A stretch of DNA of 64,000 nucleotides from Longimicrobiales bacterium (GCA_965238005.1 OZ250165.1:2688001-2752000), one strand, 5' to 3'; shown: positions 11,261-23,220, counted from the first letter of the stretch. Notes: generated by a model not told the origin, from the sequence alone. A program made the numbers and translations.

Positions 11261-11754
11261 GACGCTCCCTGCTCGGCCGGTGAACGCACTTCGACAATCC
11301 GCGTATGCCCGCAGCGTCCTTCTCGCCCCTCAGCCAACACGCCGGCACGTTCGGGATCTTGCCGGGATCGAAAACCATGGCCACATCCCGAATCCTGATC
11401 AGTCGGTCCTCCAACGGGCTAAGAGTCTCTCTGCGCCTTGGGCGCCATAAAGGTAGAGCCCTGTGGCAAGATAGTCAGGTTCCCGGATGCCTCAGGGTGG
11501 CGGTACGTGAACAGCCTAGTAGCGACCGCAACTGGGCCGGGTCGCGATTGAGGCTCTTTTTAGGCTCTTCGGGAGGCGATGGAGGCGCCGTTGGCGGAGG
11601 CCGATCCGCATCCGGGACTACGCTGGAACACCTGGGACATCGCCGTTTCGCCCGTTGTTGACACGGCCTAAACCGGGCTCCTCAATGTACGGGTATGGAG
11701 ATGTTGACGGCGCAGGTTTCCAAGCGTCGGCGGACGAGTTTGCCGGTCGCACGG

Positions 11755-11832
11755 GAGGCACGTAAGCCAGCCCACGCAATGTCAAACATTGCGATCTGGC
11801 GAGGGGATGCTGCGCCCCCCTTCGAACCCCCA
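11755..11832 (+). other. ColE1/MOB_P5-type oriT, copy 1
   Basis: TAAGCCAG at 11763-11770 is the complement of the ColE1 nic CTGG^CTTA; hairpin CGCAATG-tcaaa-CATTGCG; lies directly upstream of mobC. Confidence 0.7.
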
Positions 11833-11905
11833 GCGTTCCGCGCCGCTGCCGGAGCAGCGGGCGGGTGGGGTGCGCCGCCCCCCGAACCCCGTCACCGGTG
11901 CGTCC

Positions 11906-12121
11906 GTGGCTGAGCGCCGGACCGTCACGGTCGCCGCCCGCGTGACGCCGGCGGAGCACGCCGCGTGGCAGGACAAGGCGGCGGCGGCAGGCGTGTCGCC
12001 GTCCGCGTTGCTGCGGCAGGCGATGTCGCGGACGCGAACGTGGACCGCGCCAGCGCTGGCCGTCGAGCGCGAGCGAACCCGCCAGCTCGCGCGCATCGGC
12101 AGCGGACTGTCGGTGGTCTGA
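11906..12121 (+). pseudogene. mobC: MobC/MbeC-type RHH relaxosome protein, truncated
   Basis: VAARVTPAEHAAWQDKAAAAGVSPSALLRQ...QLARIGS breaks off at the LxRIGNNLNQ motif; no relaxase follows. Confidence 0.7.
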
Positions 12122-12722
12122 ATCACGGCAGGAAGTCACGTAAGTCAACCAGGACTGCACGATCTGCCATTCTTGCCGTTGGACGATGCCTGATTCCACG
12201 GGACTGAAATAGCGGGGAAACCGCATCAAGTGGCGGGAATCCGGGTCGTCCCGTTGTCAGCCGCTCGTCTTCAGTTCCTAACCGCTTGGTGTTTCCGTCT
12301 TGTTCGCGCAGCGCCCGCGCCGCCTCCCCGCCCTGCGCGCGTTCGCTTCGGCAGTACCGATGTCCTCCACACCCTGCGCGCCCGCCGCTCGCCTCGCCGT
12401 TCCGTCCGGTACCGGCCTCATCGCCCGGGTGAAGCTCGCCGGGTCGCTCGCGCCTTCAATCGCGGCGGGCGCCGAGGTCGGATCGAGTTGACACGGATCG
12501 CGGTTCGGCTCGGCTCTGGCTTCGGTTCGCCCGAGCCGGGGCCGGCCGGGCGATCCAGCGCGCGCTCCGCCCCCCGCCAATTTGACGGTTGCGGTAGGGC
12601 GGGTCGCGTCGGTAGCATTGTTTACGGGCGGGCGCAGGAGGCTCGCCCTTCGAGGAATTCCGGCGCCGTCGCGCGGGACGGCATCGGGTCCCGAGTCGGT
12701 CTACTTTGAGAAGTGCGTGGGC

Positions 12723-14417
12723 ATGAGCCGTCATCGAGTGCTGGTCTTCGCGGCGGCCTCGCTGACGGCCTCGCTGTAGGCCTATGCGTGCGGCGGGGAC
12801 GGCGCGACGGAGCCTCCTCCCCCCGAGCCGCCCCGGGCGACCACGGTGACGGTCACGCCCGCGACCGCAGAGCTCGGGGCCGTGGGCGCGACCGTGCAGC
12901 TCACGGCCGAAGTGCGCGACCAGAACGGGCAGGTGATGTCCGGCGCCACCGTCACCTGGTCGAGCAGCAGCGCCGCCGTGGCGACGGTGGACGGATCGAG
13001 TCTCGTGACGGCGGTGGCCAACGGGACGGCAACGATCACGGCTACGGCGGGCGGGGTGTCGGGGAGTGCGGCCGTCACCGTGGCCCAGGAGATCAGCACG
13101 GTGGCGGTCACGCCCGCGGCCGACACCCTGGTGGCGGGCGACACGCTGCGCCTGGCCGCGGAGGCGACGGACGCGAACGGCCATGCGGTGGCGGGCGCCG
13201 AGTTCACGTGGGCGTCGAGCGACACGCTGGTCGCCGCGGTGGACGATGCGGGCCTCGTGACCGGGATCGGGGCGGGCGAGGCGGAGGTGACGGCCACCGC
13301 GGCGGGGGTGGCGGGCGGGGCCGCCCTGGCGGTCGCGGCTCCGGCGCCGACGACCATCGCGGTCGCCCCCGACACGGTGGCCCTGACGGCCCTCGGACAG
13401 ACCGCGCAGCTCGCCGCGGAGGTGCGCGACCAGGCCGGGCGTATGATGGCCGGCGTCCCGGTTGCCTGGTCGAGCGCCGACACGACCGTCGCGGCGGTCG
13501 ACTCGGCCGGGGTGGTGACGGCGGCGGGGAGTGGCGCGACGACGATCACCGCGGCGGCGGGAGAGGCCTCCGGCGACGCGTGGGTGACGGTGATGCAGTC
13601 GGCGGGTTCGGTCGTCGTGTCGCCGCCGGCGGACACGATCGCGCCCGGTGACACGCTCCGGCTGATCGCGGAGGCGTTCGACGCGAACGGGCATCCGGTC
13701 GAGGAAACCGAGTTCTCTTGGGCGTCGAGCGACACGCTGGTGGCAGCGGTGGATGATGCAGGGCTGGTGCGGGGCGTCGCCGAGGGTAGGGCCACGATCA
13801 CTGCGATGGCGGGCGAAGCCCAGGGGACCTCGGAGATCACCGTCGAGAACCCCGGACCCCGAGTGGGCTTCACCGCCGCAGTGGCGTACGCGCTGGAGGG
13901 CGAGGCCGTGGTTCTCGAGGTCGTAGTGGACGAGCCGCCCGAATCCCCCATCGCGGTCAGATACACGACAGGTACCGACGACGACCCTGGGACCGCTGAC
14001 GCGGAGACGGGCGATTACGGCGACGACAATGGCGGCTCCGTGCGGATCGCGCCAGGAACCACAGGTGCGGCCGTTGTGATCCGCATCCACGACGATGATG
14101 ACGCCGAACCGGCGCGCGAGATCTTCACGGTCACGCTCAACACGCCCGATCACGAGGCAGGATATGTCTTGGGCCCGGTCTTCTCAGCCGTGGTTGTGAT
14201 CGAGGAGGGCGTTTGCGATCGTACGCCCAACATCCGGGACGAGGTTCTGGCGGCCGTTGGACTAGACAAATGCTCACAGCCCGACACTGATGACCTGGCC
14301 AGCATTCGGAGGCTGGATCTGAAGAGATCCTCAATCACGGTCGAAGTGCGTTCTATACGGGGGGGCTTCCTAGCTATAGCAGAGTCCAGGCGAACCGCTG
14401 CGCTCGTCCGGTCGTAA
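12723..14417 (+). pseudogene. Big_2 Ig-repeat and Calx-beta-like lipoprotein, disrupted
   Basis: MSRHRVLVFAAASLTASL*AYACGG has an in-frame TAG at 12777 in the signal peptide; four VTVTP...WSSS..VAxVD repeats; truncated after the LRR N-cap GVCDRTP. Confidence 0.75.
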
Positions 14418-14541
14418 AGTGACGCGTTCCGCAAGACGGCTGGTGGCCGGCACCGGAGAGGCTGACGATACATTATGCTTAGGATGACTCGTGGCGATGA
14501 TACCGGTAAACCGGCATCCTGCCTGACAGACGGGGATTGAG

Positions 14542-15366
14542 ATGAACGACACGGTTGAAATCGAATACCGAGATAAGCTCGGAGAGGAGTTCGGAGCCAT
14601 ATTCCACCGTCTGCGGATCCACTGGGCGTTTTCCGTAATGAGATCCAAGGAGTTCGAAGCGTTGTTCAGCGACGCGGCGACCGTTGAACTCCTAAGCGCA
14701 ATTGGTGGTGGCGGGTTCATTCGGGATATCCAGAATATACTCTGGGACGACTTGATACTGCGCATCACAAGGTTGACAGATCCGATTCAAACAGCACGGA
14801 AGGACAACCTTACGGTTCGAAAGCTGCCGGAGTTCTGTGAGAATGGGTTGCGTAGCGAAGTGGAGGATCTCGTCAAGTCTGCGGGCCAACGCACCGCGTT
14901 CGCACGCGACTGGAGAAATCAACATATTAGCCACACAGATCTAACCCGCGCGATCGACCCCGACGTTGAGCCTCTGGCTCCTGCCAGTCTGCAACAAATA
15001 AACGCGGCATTGAACGCGATACATGCCGTTCTGGACCGGATCAGCTCATGCCTCTTGAATGAGAACATACGCAACGATATCGCTTACAGGCCAAGAGCCA
15101 GTGCATTCGTAGCATATTCAAGACAGCTTGTTGAAGCTGTCAAGTACATCGACTCGCTCATAGATTCTAGCGGGACGGCACACATCACCGATGTGGATGT
15201 CGCCGGCGACTTTCTCCGGAGACTTGGATGCGAACCCACAGCGGATCAGGTAAGACAGATAATTGAGTTGCGGGATGCCGGTCGTAGGTTCAAGGCGGTT
15301 CCGTCTCAGGGAAGGCGGTCTAACCGACGAGGGACGCTGTATTCGCGTCATAGGCATACCGGGTGA
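14542..15366 (+). CDS. HEPN AbiU2-like predicted RNase
   Basis: LWDDLILRITRLTDP and an RNQHISH HEPN-type motif; lower GC; convergent overlap with yeeC. Confidence 0.7.
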   Translation: MNDTVEIEYRDKLGEEFGAIFHRLRIHWAFSVMRSKEFEALFSDAATVELLSAIGGGGFIRDIQNILWDDLILRITRLTDPIQTARKDNLTVRKLPEFCENGLRSEVEDLVKSAGQRTAFARDWRNQHISHTDLTRAIDPDVEPLAPASLQQINAALNAIHAVLDRISSCLLNENIRNDIAYRPRASAFVAYSRQLVEAVKYIDSLIDSSGTAHITDVDVAGDFLRRLGCEPTADQVRQIIELRDAGRRFKAVPSQGRRSNRRGTLYSRHRHTG

Positions 15367-16504
15367 TCGTTCCCTTCCTGATCTTCTCGACGGCATCGTC
15401 GATTGTGCCGAGAGGCACCAGGAACCATTCGCGGGGCACGACTGGGTTTCCTAAGCGATCCTTAATCTCGACCTCGAGGCGGGCGGAGGAAAAGACGCGG
15501 TGGATCAGGTGTTCGAGCTTGCCGCGGTCGATGTTGTAGAGCTTGTAGGTGGCGACGACCTCGACGTCGGCCATGAGGAAGGTTGGTTGCAGCCTTGCGC
15601 CCGCGATGCGCTCCTCAACGCTGCCACTGGTGACGCCGATCTTGTGGATCAGGTCGCGGTGTTCTGAAACGAACGGCAGATCAGACTTGCTCCGGAGCAC
15701 GTAGATCGTGCCGCTCGCCTCGTCGCCGTCTGTGGTGTGGCCGGCAAAGAGTGGCCCGGCCGTCGGCTCGGTGATCCGCCGACCCGCCTCGTCCTTGTGG
15801 AGCGCCCGCTGAAGCGACCGGCGGAGCATGTTGTTCTCGGTGCCGTTGTCGAAGATCACGCGGAGGCGTGCATCCTTGTCGCCGTACTCCTGAGTGAAGA
15901 TCTCTCCCATCTCGGCGACGTAGGCTTTCTGGCCACCCACGATGAAAAACCGGCCGGGCTCGATCTCCAACTTCCGCTCGAAGGGTCGTGTCTGGCGGAT
16001 GCCCGCGTCGAGTTCCCTCTGGAGCTGCTCGAAAAGCGGCCGGAAGCGCTCGAAATCCTCACACCTCGCCCGGCTCGCGATCTCCTCTGCCTCCCGCTTC
16101 TCGGCGCTCGAGCGCACATGGTGCAGCTCGGTGATGTCCGCCGCCGTGGCATCGACACCGAGCTCGGCGAGGAGCGCGTCGTCGTCTATCGCGTCCGGGC
16201 GGGGCGGGGCGGCTACTGCGCTACTGCTCAGGAGTGCCTGCCGGTCCATCGGTGCCAGGAGTGTCCGGCACTCTTCCTGCTCGCGGATGCGGTCCAGCCG
16301 CACGGCATAGAGCCGTTCGAAGACGTCGCGGTCCTCGCCCCGCTCGGGGACGCGGCCGTGCGTATCGACGAAGCGCTGGATCTCCTCGAAGCCCGCAACG
16401 ATCGACTCCTCGCGAGGCGGGAGGTGGGAAGCCTTCTCGGGCACGACATCGACACCGAGCTCGGCGAGGAGCACGTCATCGTCCTCGGTGAATGTCTTAG
16501 TCAT
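15320..16504 (-). CDS. yeeC: GIY-YIG/T5orf172 nuclease (YeeC-like)
   Basis: GTIYVLRS...KIGVT...VEERI...LEHLIH...PREWF. Confidence 0.8.
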   Translation of the reverse strand: MTKTFTEDDDVLLAELGVDVVPEKASHLPPREESIVAGFEEIQRFVDTHGRVPERGEDRDVFERLYAVRLDRIREQEECRTLLAPMDRQALLSSSAVAAPPRPDAIDDDALLAELGVDATAADITELHHVRSSAEKREAEEIASRARCEDFERFRPLFEQLQRELDAGIRQTRPFERKLEIEPGRFFIVGGQKAYVAEMGEIFTQEYGDKDARLRVIFDNGTENNMLRRSLQRALHKDEAGRRITEPTAGPLFAGHTTDGDEASGTIYVLRSKSDLPFVSEHRDLIHKIGVTSGSVEERIAGARLQPTFLMADVEVVATYKLYNIDRGKLEHLIHRVFSSARLEVEIKDRLGNPVVPREWFLVPLGTIDDAVEKIRKGTITRYAYDANTASLVG

Positions 16505-18572
16505 CGGCCGCTGCCGCCTTCATGCGAACCAGAACGGCGATGCCTTCGGCCATGCGCCGCTCCCACGGGTCCGCCGCCGTGAGAGACGGGATCCGACCGC
16601 GCTCCTGCTTGAACCTGAGGGCTCGCCTCGCGAGATCCCGGGCCTCGTCCGGTGTGATCTGGACCTTTTTCGCCGTGATCACGGCGGCCACCTGCCTGAG
16701 GCTCTCCTCATTCATCGTCTTTGCAAGGATCGCGTAGGCTTCGCTAAACGGATTGATGCGGTCGATCAGGTCGATATCGAGATCCCGCACATCCATCACG
16801 AACCGCCGCACGCCGTCGATCAGGGCCGTGTTCCCGCCCTTCTCCTTCCCGTCACCCTCCTCCTCACCGCCGCCGTCGCCCGCCAGGGCGATCTCTTTCG
16901 CCTTCTGCGTCAGGTTCAGCGCGGCGACCGCATGCTCGCGAACGGCCTCCTGATCCCCCTCATCGAGGTCCGGGTACTTTTCCTTGATGATCTTCCCCAT
17001 CCGCACCTGGGTCAGCTCCTCGGGCACGAGCTCCTCATCGAAAAGCCCGCGTTCGACGGCGACCTTGTCCTGCATGAAGGCGGAGATCACCTCGTTCAGG
17101 TCCTCCCGGCAGATGCGCGTGGCCGCTTCGCTCTTCGGCTCCGCCAGCCCCTTGATCTCGACGGTGACCTCACCGGTCTTTTCGTTGACCCCCACATTGC
17201 ACTGCTCGGGGTCGTAGCCCTCCTCGCCGTAGTCGAGCCCTTCCACCGGCCCGCTCGACTCAGTCTTCGACGTGAAGTTGAAGCGCGGAGCGAGCACCTG
17301 CTCCATGAGGAGGCTCGCAGCGATGGCCTTGAGCGTATCGTTCACGGCTTCGGTGACGGCCTCCTCGGAGGCATCCGGCTCCGCGATGAGATTCGTGAAG
17401 CGGCTCCGGGCCTTCCCCGGGGCGTCGCGCGTGGCGCGGCCGATGATCTGCACGATCTCCGTCAGGCTCGACCGGTAGCCGACAGTCAGCGCGTGATCGC
17501 ACCAGACCCAGTCGAAGCCCTCCTTCGCCATCCCGAGGGCGATGATGATGTCCACGTGGTCCCGGTTGTCCTTCTGCGCGGGATCCCTGAGCGCGGCCGC
17601 GACCCGGTCCCTCCGGACCGGGTTGTCGTCGACGAGATCGGCGATCCGGAGCACACGCCCGTCGGAGGTCTTCACCATCTGGAAGCCGGTCTCGGGGTCC
17701 GCCCCCTTCCACTCGCCCAGCTCCTCGAGGATGTGCTCGACCTCCCGGATCTTGTCCTTCGTGCTCTCCCGCGAATTCACGCTCGGGATGTGGACGATCG
17801 TCTTCTCGCCCGGGTCGAGGACCTTCAGGATGTCGTCCGCGTAGCTCCCCGTGTAGAAGAAGTAGCCGATGTCGAGCCGCTTCAGGTGTTCGTAGCCGTT
17901 CAGCTGCTCGTAGTAGGTGTAGGTAACGGTCTCGAACCGCGCCTCGTCCTCGGGCACCAGCACGGGCTCGGCATCGCCACGGAAGTAGGATCCCGTCATC
18001 GCCACGATGTGGGCCTTGTCGCGTGCCATGAACTGGCTGACGTGCACGCCGAGCCTGTTGTCCGGATTGGCGGAGGCGTGATGGAACTCGTCCACCGCGA
18101 CGAGCCGGTCGTCGAAGGCCCCCACCCCGCACTGGTCCACGGCAAATCTGAAGGTCGCGTGCGTGCAGACGAGTACCCGGTCGTTGCTACCCAAGAACGC
18201 CTTCAGCGCTTTGACCTTGCCGCCGTCCGTGCCGGGCGCGCCGCAAAGGTTCCACTTCGGCCGGACGGTCCAGTCGGCCCAGAAGCCGAAGCGGCTGAGC
18301 GGCACGTCCGCGAAGCTCGCGCCGATGGTTTTCTCGGGGACGACGATGACCGCCTGGCGCACGCCCTGGTTCACGAGCTTGTCGAGCGCGATGAACATGA
18401 GCGCCCGGCTCTTCCCCGAGGCCGGCGGCGATTTGATCAGAAGATACTGCTCCCCGCGCTTCTCCCAGGCCCGCTCCTGCATCGGGCGCATCCCGAGCTC
18501 ATTGGACCGGATGGTGCGTCCCGTCCGCGCGTAGCTTACGGAGACGGACGGGATGCTCTTGGCGTTGGTCAA
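16497..18572 (-). CDS. yeeB: SF2 helicase (YeeB-like)
   Basis: PPASGKS, DEFHH, MTGS and QIIGRATR; likely TTG start overlapping the yafQ stop. Confidence 0.8.
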   Translation of the reverse strand: MTNAKSIPSVSVSYARTGRTIRSNELGMRPMQERAWEKRGEQYLLIKSPPASGKSRALMFIALDKLVNQGVRQAVIVVPEKTIGASFADVPLSRFGFWADWTVRPKWNLCGAPGTDGGKVKALKAFLGSNDRVLVCTHATFRFAVDQCGVGAFDDRLVAVDEFHHASANPDNRLGVHVSQFMARDKAHIVAMTGSYFRGDAEPVLVPEDEARFETVTYTYYEQLNGYEHLKRLDIGYFFYTGSYADDILKVLDPGEKTIVHIPSVNSRESTKDKIREVEHILEELGEWKGADPETGFQMVKTSDGRVLRIADLVDDNPVRRDRVAAALRDPAQKDNRDHVDIIIALGMAKEGFDWVWCDHALTVGYRSSLTEIVQIIGRATRDAPGKARSRFTNLIAEPDASEEAVTEAVNDTLKAIAASLLMEQVLAPRFNFTSKTESSGPVEGLDYGEEGYDPEQCNVGVNEKTGEVTVEIKGLAEPKSEAATRICREDLNEVISAFMQDKVAVERGLFDEELVPEELTQVRMGKIIKEKYPDLDEGDQEAVREHAVAALNLTQKAKEIALAGDGGGEEEGDGKEKGGNTALIDGVRRFVMDVRDLDIDLIDRINPFSEAYAILAKTMNEESLRQVAAVITAKKVQITPDEARDLARRALRFKQERGRIPSLTAADPWERRMAEGIAVLVRMKAAAADD

Positions 18573-18895
18573 TGGAACAGCTCCGCGTGAGTGCCGGCCC
18601 GAGCAAAGTAAACCGAACCGCTGGGGCCGTCCGTGTCGTCGATGCGATAGATCAGAAGGAAGTCGCCACCGACGTGGCATTCCCGGTAGTGCGCCCATGA
18701 GCCTTTGAGCGCGTGATCCCTCCGTTCGGGACCGAGCGGGGCCTCGTTGGCAATGAGAAGGAGCATGACCGCCTTCAGCCGATTCATATCGTATCGGCCG
18801 GAACGCGAAAGCCGCTCCCAGTCCTTGAGGAATTGCCGGGCGTAGTCGACCCGGCGCGGGAGGTTGGCCCGTTTACTGGCCGCTGGCTTCTTCAA
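18569..18895 (-). CDS. yafQ: YafQ-family mRNA interferase toxin
   Basis: RDHALKGSW..YRECHV.GDFLLIY...GTHAELF. Confidence 0.88.
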   Translation of the reverse strand: MKKPAASKRANLPRRVDYARQFLKDWERLSRSGRYDMNRLKAVMLLLIANEAPLGPERRDHALKGSWAHYRECHVGGDFLLIYRIDDTDGPSGSVYFARAGTHAELFH

Positions 18896-19154
18896 GCTCC
18901 GCAAACATCTCGTCCGCGTTGGCGAATCGCGCGGTGCGCGTCTTCACCATCTCGTCGATCTCGGCCATGGCCCTACGGGTTTGCGCGTTCGGTACCTTGA
19001 GTTCGAGCGGGAATGCCTGATCGACGGCGATGCGGTGGAAGAGCAGCCGCACGGCCTCCGAGGCCGTCAGGCCCATCGCCGCCAGCGCTTCCGTCGCCTT
19101 CTGCTTCATCTCGGTGTCCATCCGGACATGGAGCATTGAGCTTTGTGTCCTCAT
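18873..19154 (-). CDS. dinJ: RelB/DinJ antitoxin
   Basis: LHVRMD..MKQKA..ALAAMGLTASEAVRL...FPLELKVPN. Confidence 0.88.
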   Translation of the reverse strand: MRTQSSMLHVRMDTEMKQKATEALAAMGLTASEAVRLLFHRIAVDQAFPLELKVPNAQTRRAMAEIDEMVKTRTARFANADEMFAELEEASGQ

Positions 19155-19222
19155 CCGTGCCTCCTGTATCGCAATTGCGATATAGCATGTCATGTCGGGG
19201 CGGCCCAGTCAACCCGATGCGA

Positions 19223-21972
19223 TCAAGCAACCGTCTTTCTGCCTGCCATCTTCGTGTACAGCTCGAACAACTTCTCCAGCCGTTCCGTATCGTTTCGGAA
19301 GCGTCGGCCGATGTAGATGCGCTCGAGCACTTCGTCGTTGCGGTCATGGGCGGCGCGGAGATTCTCCGGCATGCGGTCAGAAGCGTAGAGATCGGCGATC
19401 GTCGCGGGGAAGTGCGCCTCTTGCGCCAACAGGATGTGCTCGGCGCATGCCGTCAGGTCCGCCCTGTTTTTCTCGGTAAGCGTCGGCACGGGAAACGTGT
19501 TCCAACCCAAGGTGTTTGAATACTAGAAATCCGTCCGCAACCGAACACAAACCGTGCCGATCCAAACCCAATGGAGCCGTGACGCGACCAGCGCCATGTT
19601 CCAGAGCGGAGCATCGAAGAGGCCGTAGCACTTGTTCGATATGATGACTCCAGGCGGTAACAGGCCACATGGCAGGTAATCACGATTCTCTGAAGTAATT
19701 CCCGGAACGACGATCGTACTTTCGATTCCGATATTCATCTCGCGAAACTGGTGCGCTCGACTAGCCATCTGGTTGGCACCCTTGTCCCTGCTCTCGAGCC
19801 GCATGGCACGCACGGCCTCCACGCGGCTTCGGATCGACGGAATCGCAAGCGCTTCTTCCAGGTGTTCGTCCTCAATCCACAGGCAGTAACGTGAGAGCCC
19901 GCGAATGAACTCGGCCGAACCGTAGATGCGCCGGATGAATCGGGCCTTCTGTTCGGGGGTCAGTCCCAAGCTCTCTACTTCATCGCGGGTGAGGAGCAGG
20001 TTCCCGCCATCAACAGCCTTGTTGCCAAAGCTCATGTCAGTCAACCCGGACGATGGCGTGGAAGCCTTGTTTACGATCACGTTCGGCCCTGCCACCAAGT
20101 ACACATTGATACTCTTGGCCTCTCTCCGGATCGTCTCCCCATCTTTGCCGACGGAGTAGAGCCTTCGAACGGGCCCCGCGTCGTTCGACATTCCTACGAT
20201 TGCGACGGTTACGCCTGCGTTGTGGCTGGCCAGGTTCGTCCACTTGAAGCTGGTGTGAGCGAAGGCGATCTCCTGGCCCGTGGCAAAGACCGCGGGCCAG
20301 AGGATCGCCGCCTGCTGTCCCTGATTGAGCGAATTCGTGGTCACCAAGGCCGACGCCGCACGGGTCGTCTCCATGTAGCCGGCCGCCTTCATGAACCACC
20401 CGGCCACATAGTCGAGCAACCGCCACTGCTTCACCCTGCCCTTGAAGACCTGCTCGAGGTCTGCCTTCTGTGCCGACGACTGCCACGTACTCCCGAGGTA
20501 CGGGGGATTCCCGCAGATGTACGTCTCCCCGCCCTCGTTCTCGAAGTCGATCTCGGGTTGATCCAGTGGCGTGTGGAACAGGTCATCGCCAACGTGCTTC
20601 ACTCCGGTCCCCGTGGGTGGGCAGATGCCGCTCCAATCCAGCCGCAGGGCGTTCGCACAGGTGATCCAGTTCTCCTTGTCGAGCGGCAGGACCACGGCCA
20701 CTGCCTCCTTCTGCCCGAGATAGAGCACGTTGCACTGATACTCGGCGATGATGAGTGCTAGGCGTGCGATCTCGGCCGAGAAGTCCCTGAGCTCGATCCC
20801 GCGAAAGTTGGTCAGCGGAATGTCGGAACGGCGCCCGCTCTCCCGCCGGCGCCTGTTGATCTCCGCCTCGATCTCCCGCATCTCCTTGTAGGCGATGACA
20901 AGGAAGTTGCCCGAACCGCACGCCGGGTCGAACACCCGGATCCGAGCCATGCGGTTGCGCAGATTCAGGAGCTTGCGGTTGTTGTCACCGGCCTCCTGGA
21001 GCTGCTCGCGCAGATCATTGAAGAACAGCGGGTTGAGGACCTTAAGGATGTTCGGCACGCTCGTGTAGTGCATGCCCAGGTCGCCGCGTTCCTGCTCATC
21101 CGCGACCGCCTGGATCATCGATCCGAAGATGTCCGGGTTGATCTTTTTCCAGTCGAGACTGCCGATGTGAAGAAGTAGGATCGCGCGATCCGGCTGAAAC
21201 GCGGTACCTCCGTCGAGTCCGAGAACAGTCCACCGTTGACGTATGGGAACACTGCGGCCCAGCGGGAGAGGTTTGCCGTCTCGCGTTTCTCCATACTGGT
21301 GTTCATGGCACGGAAGATCTCGTCGATTACCTCATGGGTGTTCGAACCATCGGGGGTGCTCATCTGCTCGATCGTGCCGGTGAACGGGGCCTGGTCGGGG
21401 AAGATATTGGTGTCCTCCGCGAAGAAGCAGAAAATGAGCCGCGCCATGAAACGGTTCATGTCATGCTGCCGGTCGGTGGCGCCCCAGTCGGCGTTGTCCT
21501 TCAGCAACTCGACATAGAGCCGGTTCAGCCGCCCAGTGGCCTTGATGTCGAAGGCGCTCTCGCGGATCTGCGTGACGGTCGTGATCCCGGCGAGCGGCAG
21601 GAAGAAACCGAAATGCTCGTGAAAGTCGGGATATTCGCAGACGACGATGTCGCCGCTCTCCACATCCTCGGCGTGGAACTCTCGCCCGTCGGTCGACAGG
21701 ACGAACTTCGCCTTGGCCCGGGTGGTCTCTGGACTCGCCTTCAGGGCGGCCAGCGCAGCCGCGGCCTCGCCCTCCGGGGCGACCTTGATATGGATGTTGT
21801 TCCGCTGGAGGACCCCACCGATATCGGACCGATTCGTAGTGCCGGCGCGGAGCCGCTTGATGGTTGTCCGCTTGTTTCCGAACGCTTCCAGGAAGGTGAA
21901 GGGAAACTCGCCCGGATCGAACAGCTCCCCGGCGAGGTCGGAGACAGCCTCTTCAATCTCGACGGCATTCAT
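19223..21972 (-). pseudogene. yeeA: MmeI-like Type IIG/IIL methyltransferase (YeeA-like), disrupted
   Basis: MNAVEIEEA..., YVNGGLF, GMHYTS, FDPACGSGNF and GNPPY; frameshift near 21176 (SY/LLHIGSLDWKKINPDIFGSM); in-frame TAG at 19523-19525 (RTDF*YSNTLGWNTFP). Confidence 0.82.
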
Positions 21973-22359
21973 CGGTCATTCTAGATTCGCCTCGACCATC
22001 GTGGACCCCATCCGACAACCGCAAGATAACACGGGCGAAAGACTGCCACCGAGAATCCTCCGCGACCCGCGATCCGCGTTGCGACCGCGCCCCTCTGCCC
22101 GGCGATTTCGATGCAATCGTCACGGTCGACCTCGCGCACGATCTCTGCCGCCCAGCCGTGCAAGCGGAAGGGTTTCAGCACCGTCCGCTCCACCTCCCAC
22201 CGAAGAAGGTCCAGACGCGGGTTCGCAGAGATCACTCGGCCCCTCCATGTCGGCAACTCTCCCTCGGGCTCCGGCAGGAGCCGGAAGAACGAGGACGCAT
22301 CCCCCGGATGGACGCGCAGCGTCCCGCCGGCCGATTCGAGCATGTGGACGATCGCCGAC

Positions 22360-22513
22360 CTCCGCGGGCCAGACCGACCTCTGCCTCCCGCAGTGCAGTG
22401 ATGATCTGCTCCGGAGTGTGTCGCTTCCTTCCCATCCTGACCTCCTCGCTGAAAAGCTTTAGACCAGGTCGATCCTAACATTGCACCTGGTCTCGTTTCA
22501 GGGGGTCAGGTCA
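22360..22513 (-). mobile_element. IS3-family left end with orfA stub
   Basis: TGACCTGACCCCCTGAAACGAGACCAG terminus; GGAGG followed by MGRKRHTPEQIITALREAEV; truncated. Confidence 0.7.
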
Positions 22514-22921
22514 CCCGGCGCGTGCAAGCCCTTCCTGGACGAACGGGCCGGCCCGCCCGCGGACCCATTCGGCAAGGCGGGGACGGATCGCCTTTGTCCA
22601 GCGCCTCTCCTGACTGCGCGTGAGCGGCAGCGGCTCGTCGCCGGCACCGGCAACCAGATCCGGTGCGAAGCCGCGGATGTCGTAGGTGATGTCGATGTCT
22701 TCCGAGAACCGCCGGATCGCGCGCCACACCTTGGACAAGGAGGTGCCGCCCTTGAACACCAACTGATAGCCGAACGGGGCGTCGAACAGGACGCCGAGGG
22801 TTGCGACCACCCAGATGTCTTTCTCGAGCACGAACGCCGGGTGCGGGCATTCGGCTTGAGCGGCACGCAAGGCATGACGGCGCTCTTCGGACGCCAGGCG
22901 CTGAAACAGTGCTTCAGCCAT
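22514..22921 (-). pseudogene. AbiEii/AbiGii nucleotidyltransferase toxin, N-terminal part cut by IS3
   Basis: LEKDIWVV...LVFKGGTSLSKV..AIRRFSEDIDI; a tail resembling the antitoxin C-terminus (WMAEPLSTRLAHG*) overlaps its start. Confidence 0.78.
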
Positions 22922-23220
22922 GCGCCAGACGCGTGCTCAGCGGCTCCGCCATCCACACCGACTCTCGAAGCCCTTGATCCGTTGCCGCGGCAGGCACGGC
23001 ATCCCGCTCGGCGACCGCCCCGCGCCCCGGCATGTGAAACCTGTCACTTCCGTGTGGGCGACGCCAAGTCGGCCGTGCCCGGGCCGACCTTCCGGTCGAG
23101 CCCTAAGACCCTTGACGGGAACCTCTGGCGAGCGCTGCGGAGGGTGTGTCTGCCATGCCACTGGCGGAGCCATCCAACAGCTCGCGTACCGGACTGGCTA
23201 TCTCTAGACACTACAGGCAT

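Noticed and set aside
16488..18590. Long ORFs antisense to defence and integrase genes (also 6475-7968, 55839-57314, 60740-62620)
   Set aside because: Shadows of well-supported opposite-strand genes
21981..22360. ORF fragment downstream of the IS3 stub
   Set aside because: May be a gene remnant, but no family could be recognised
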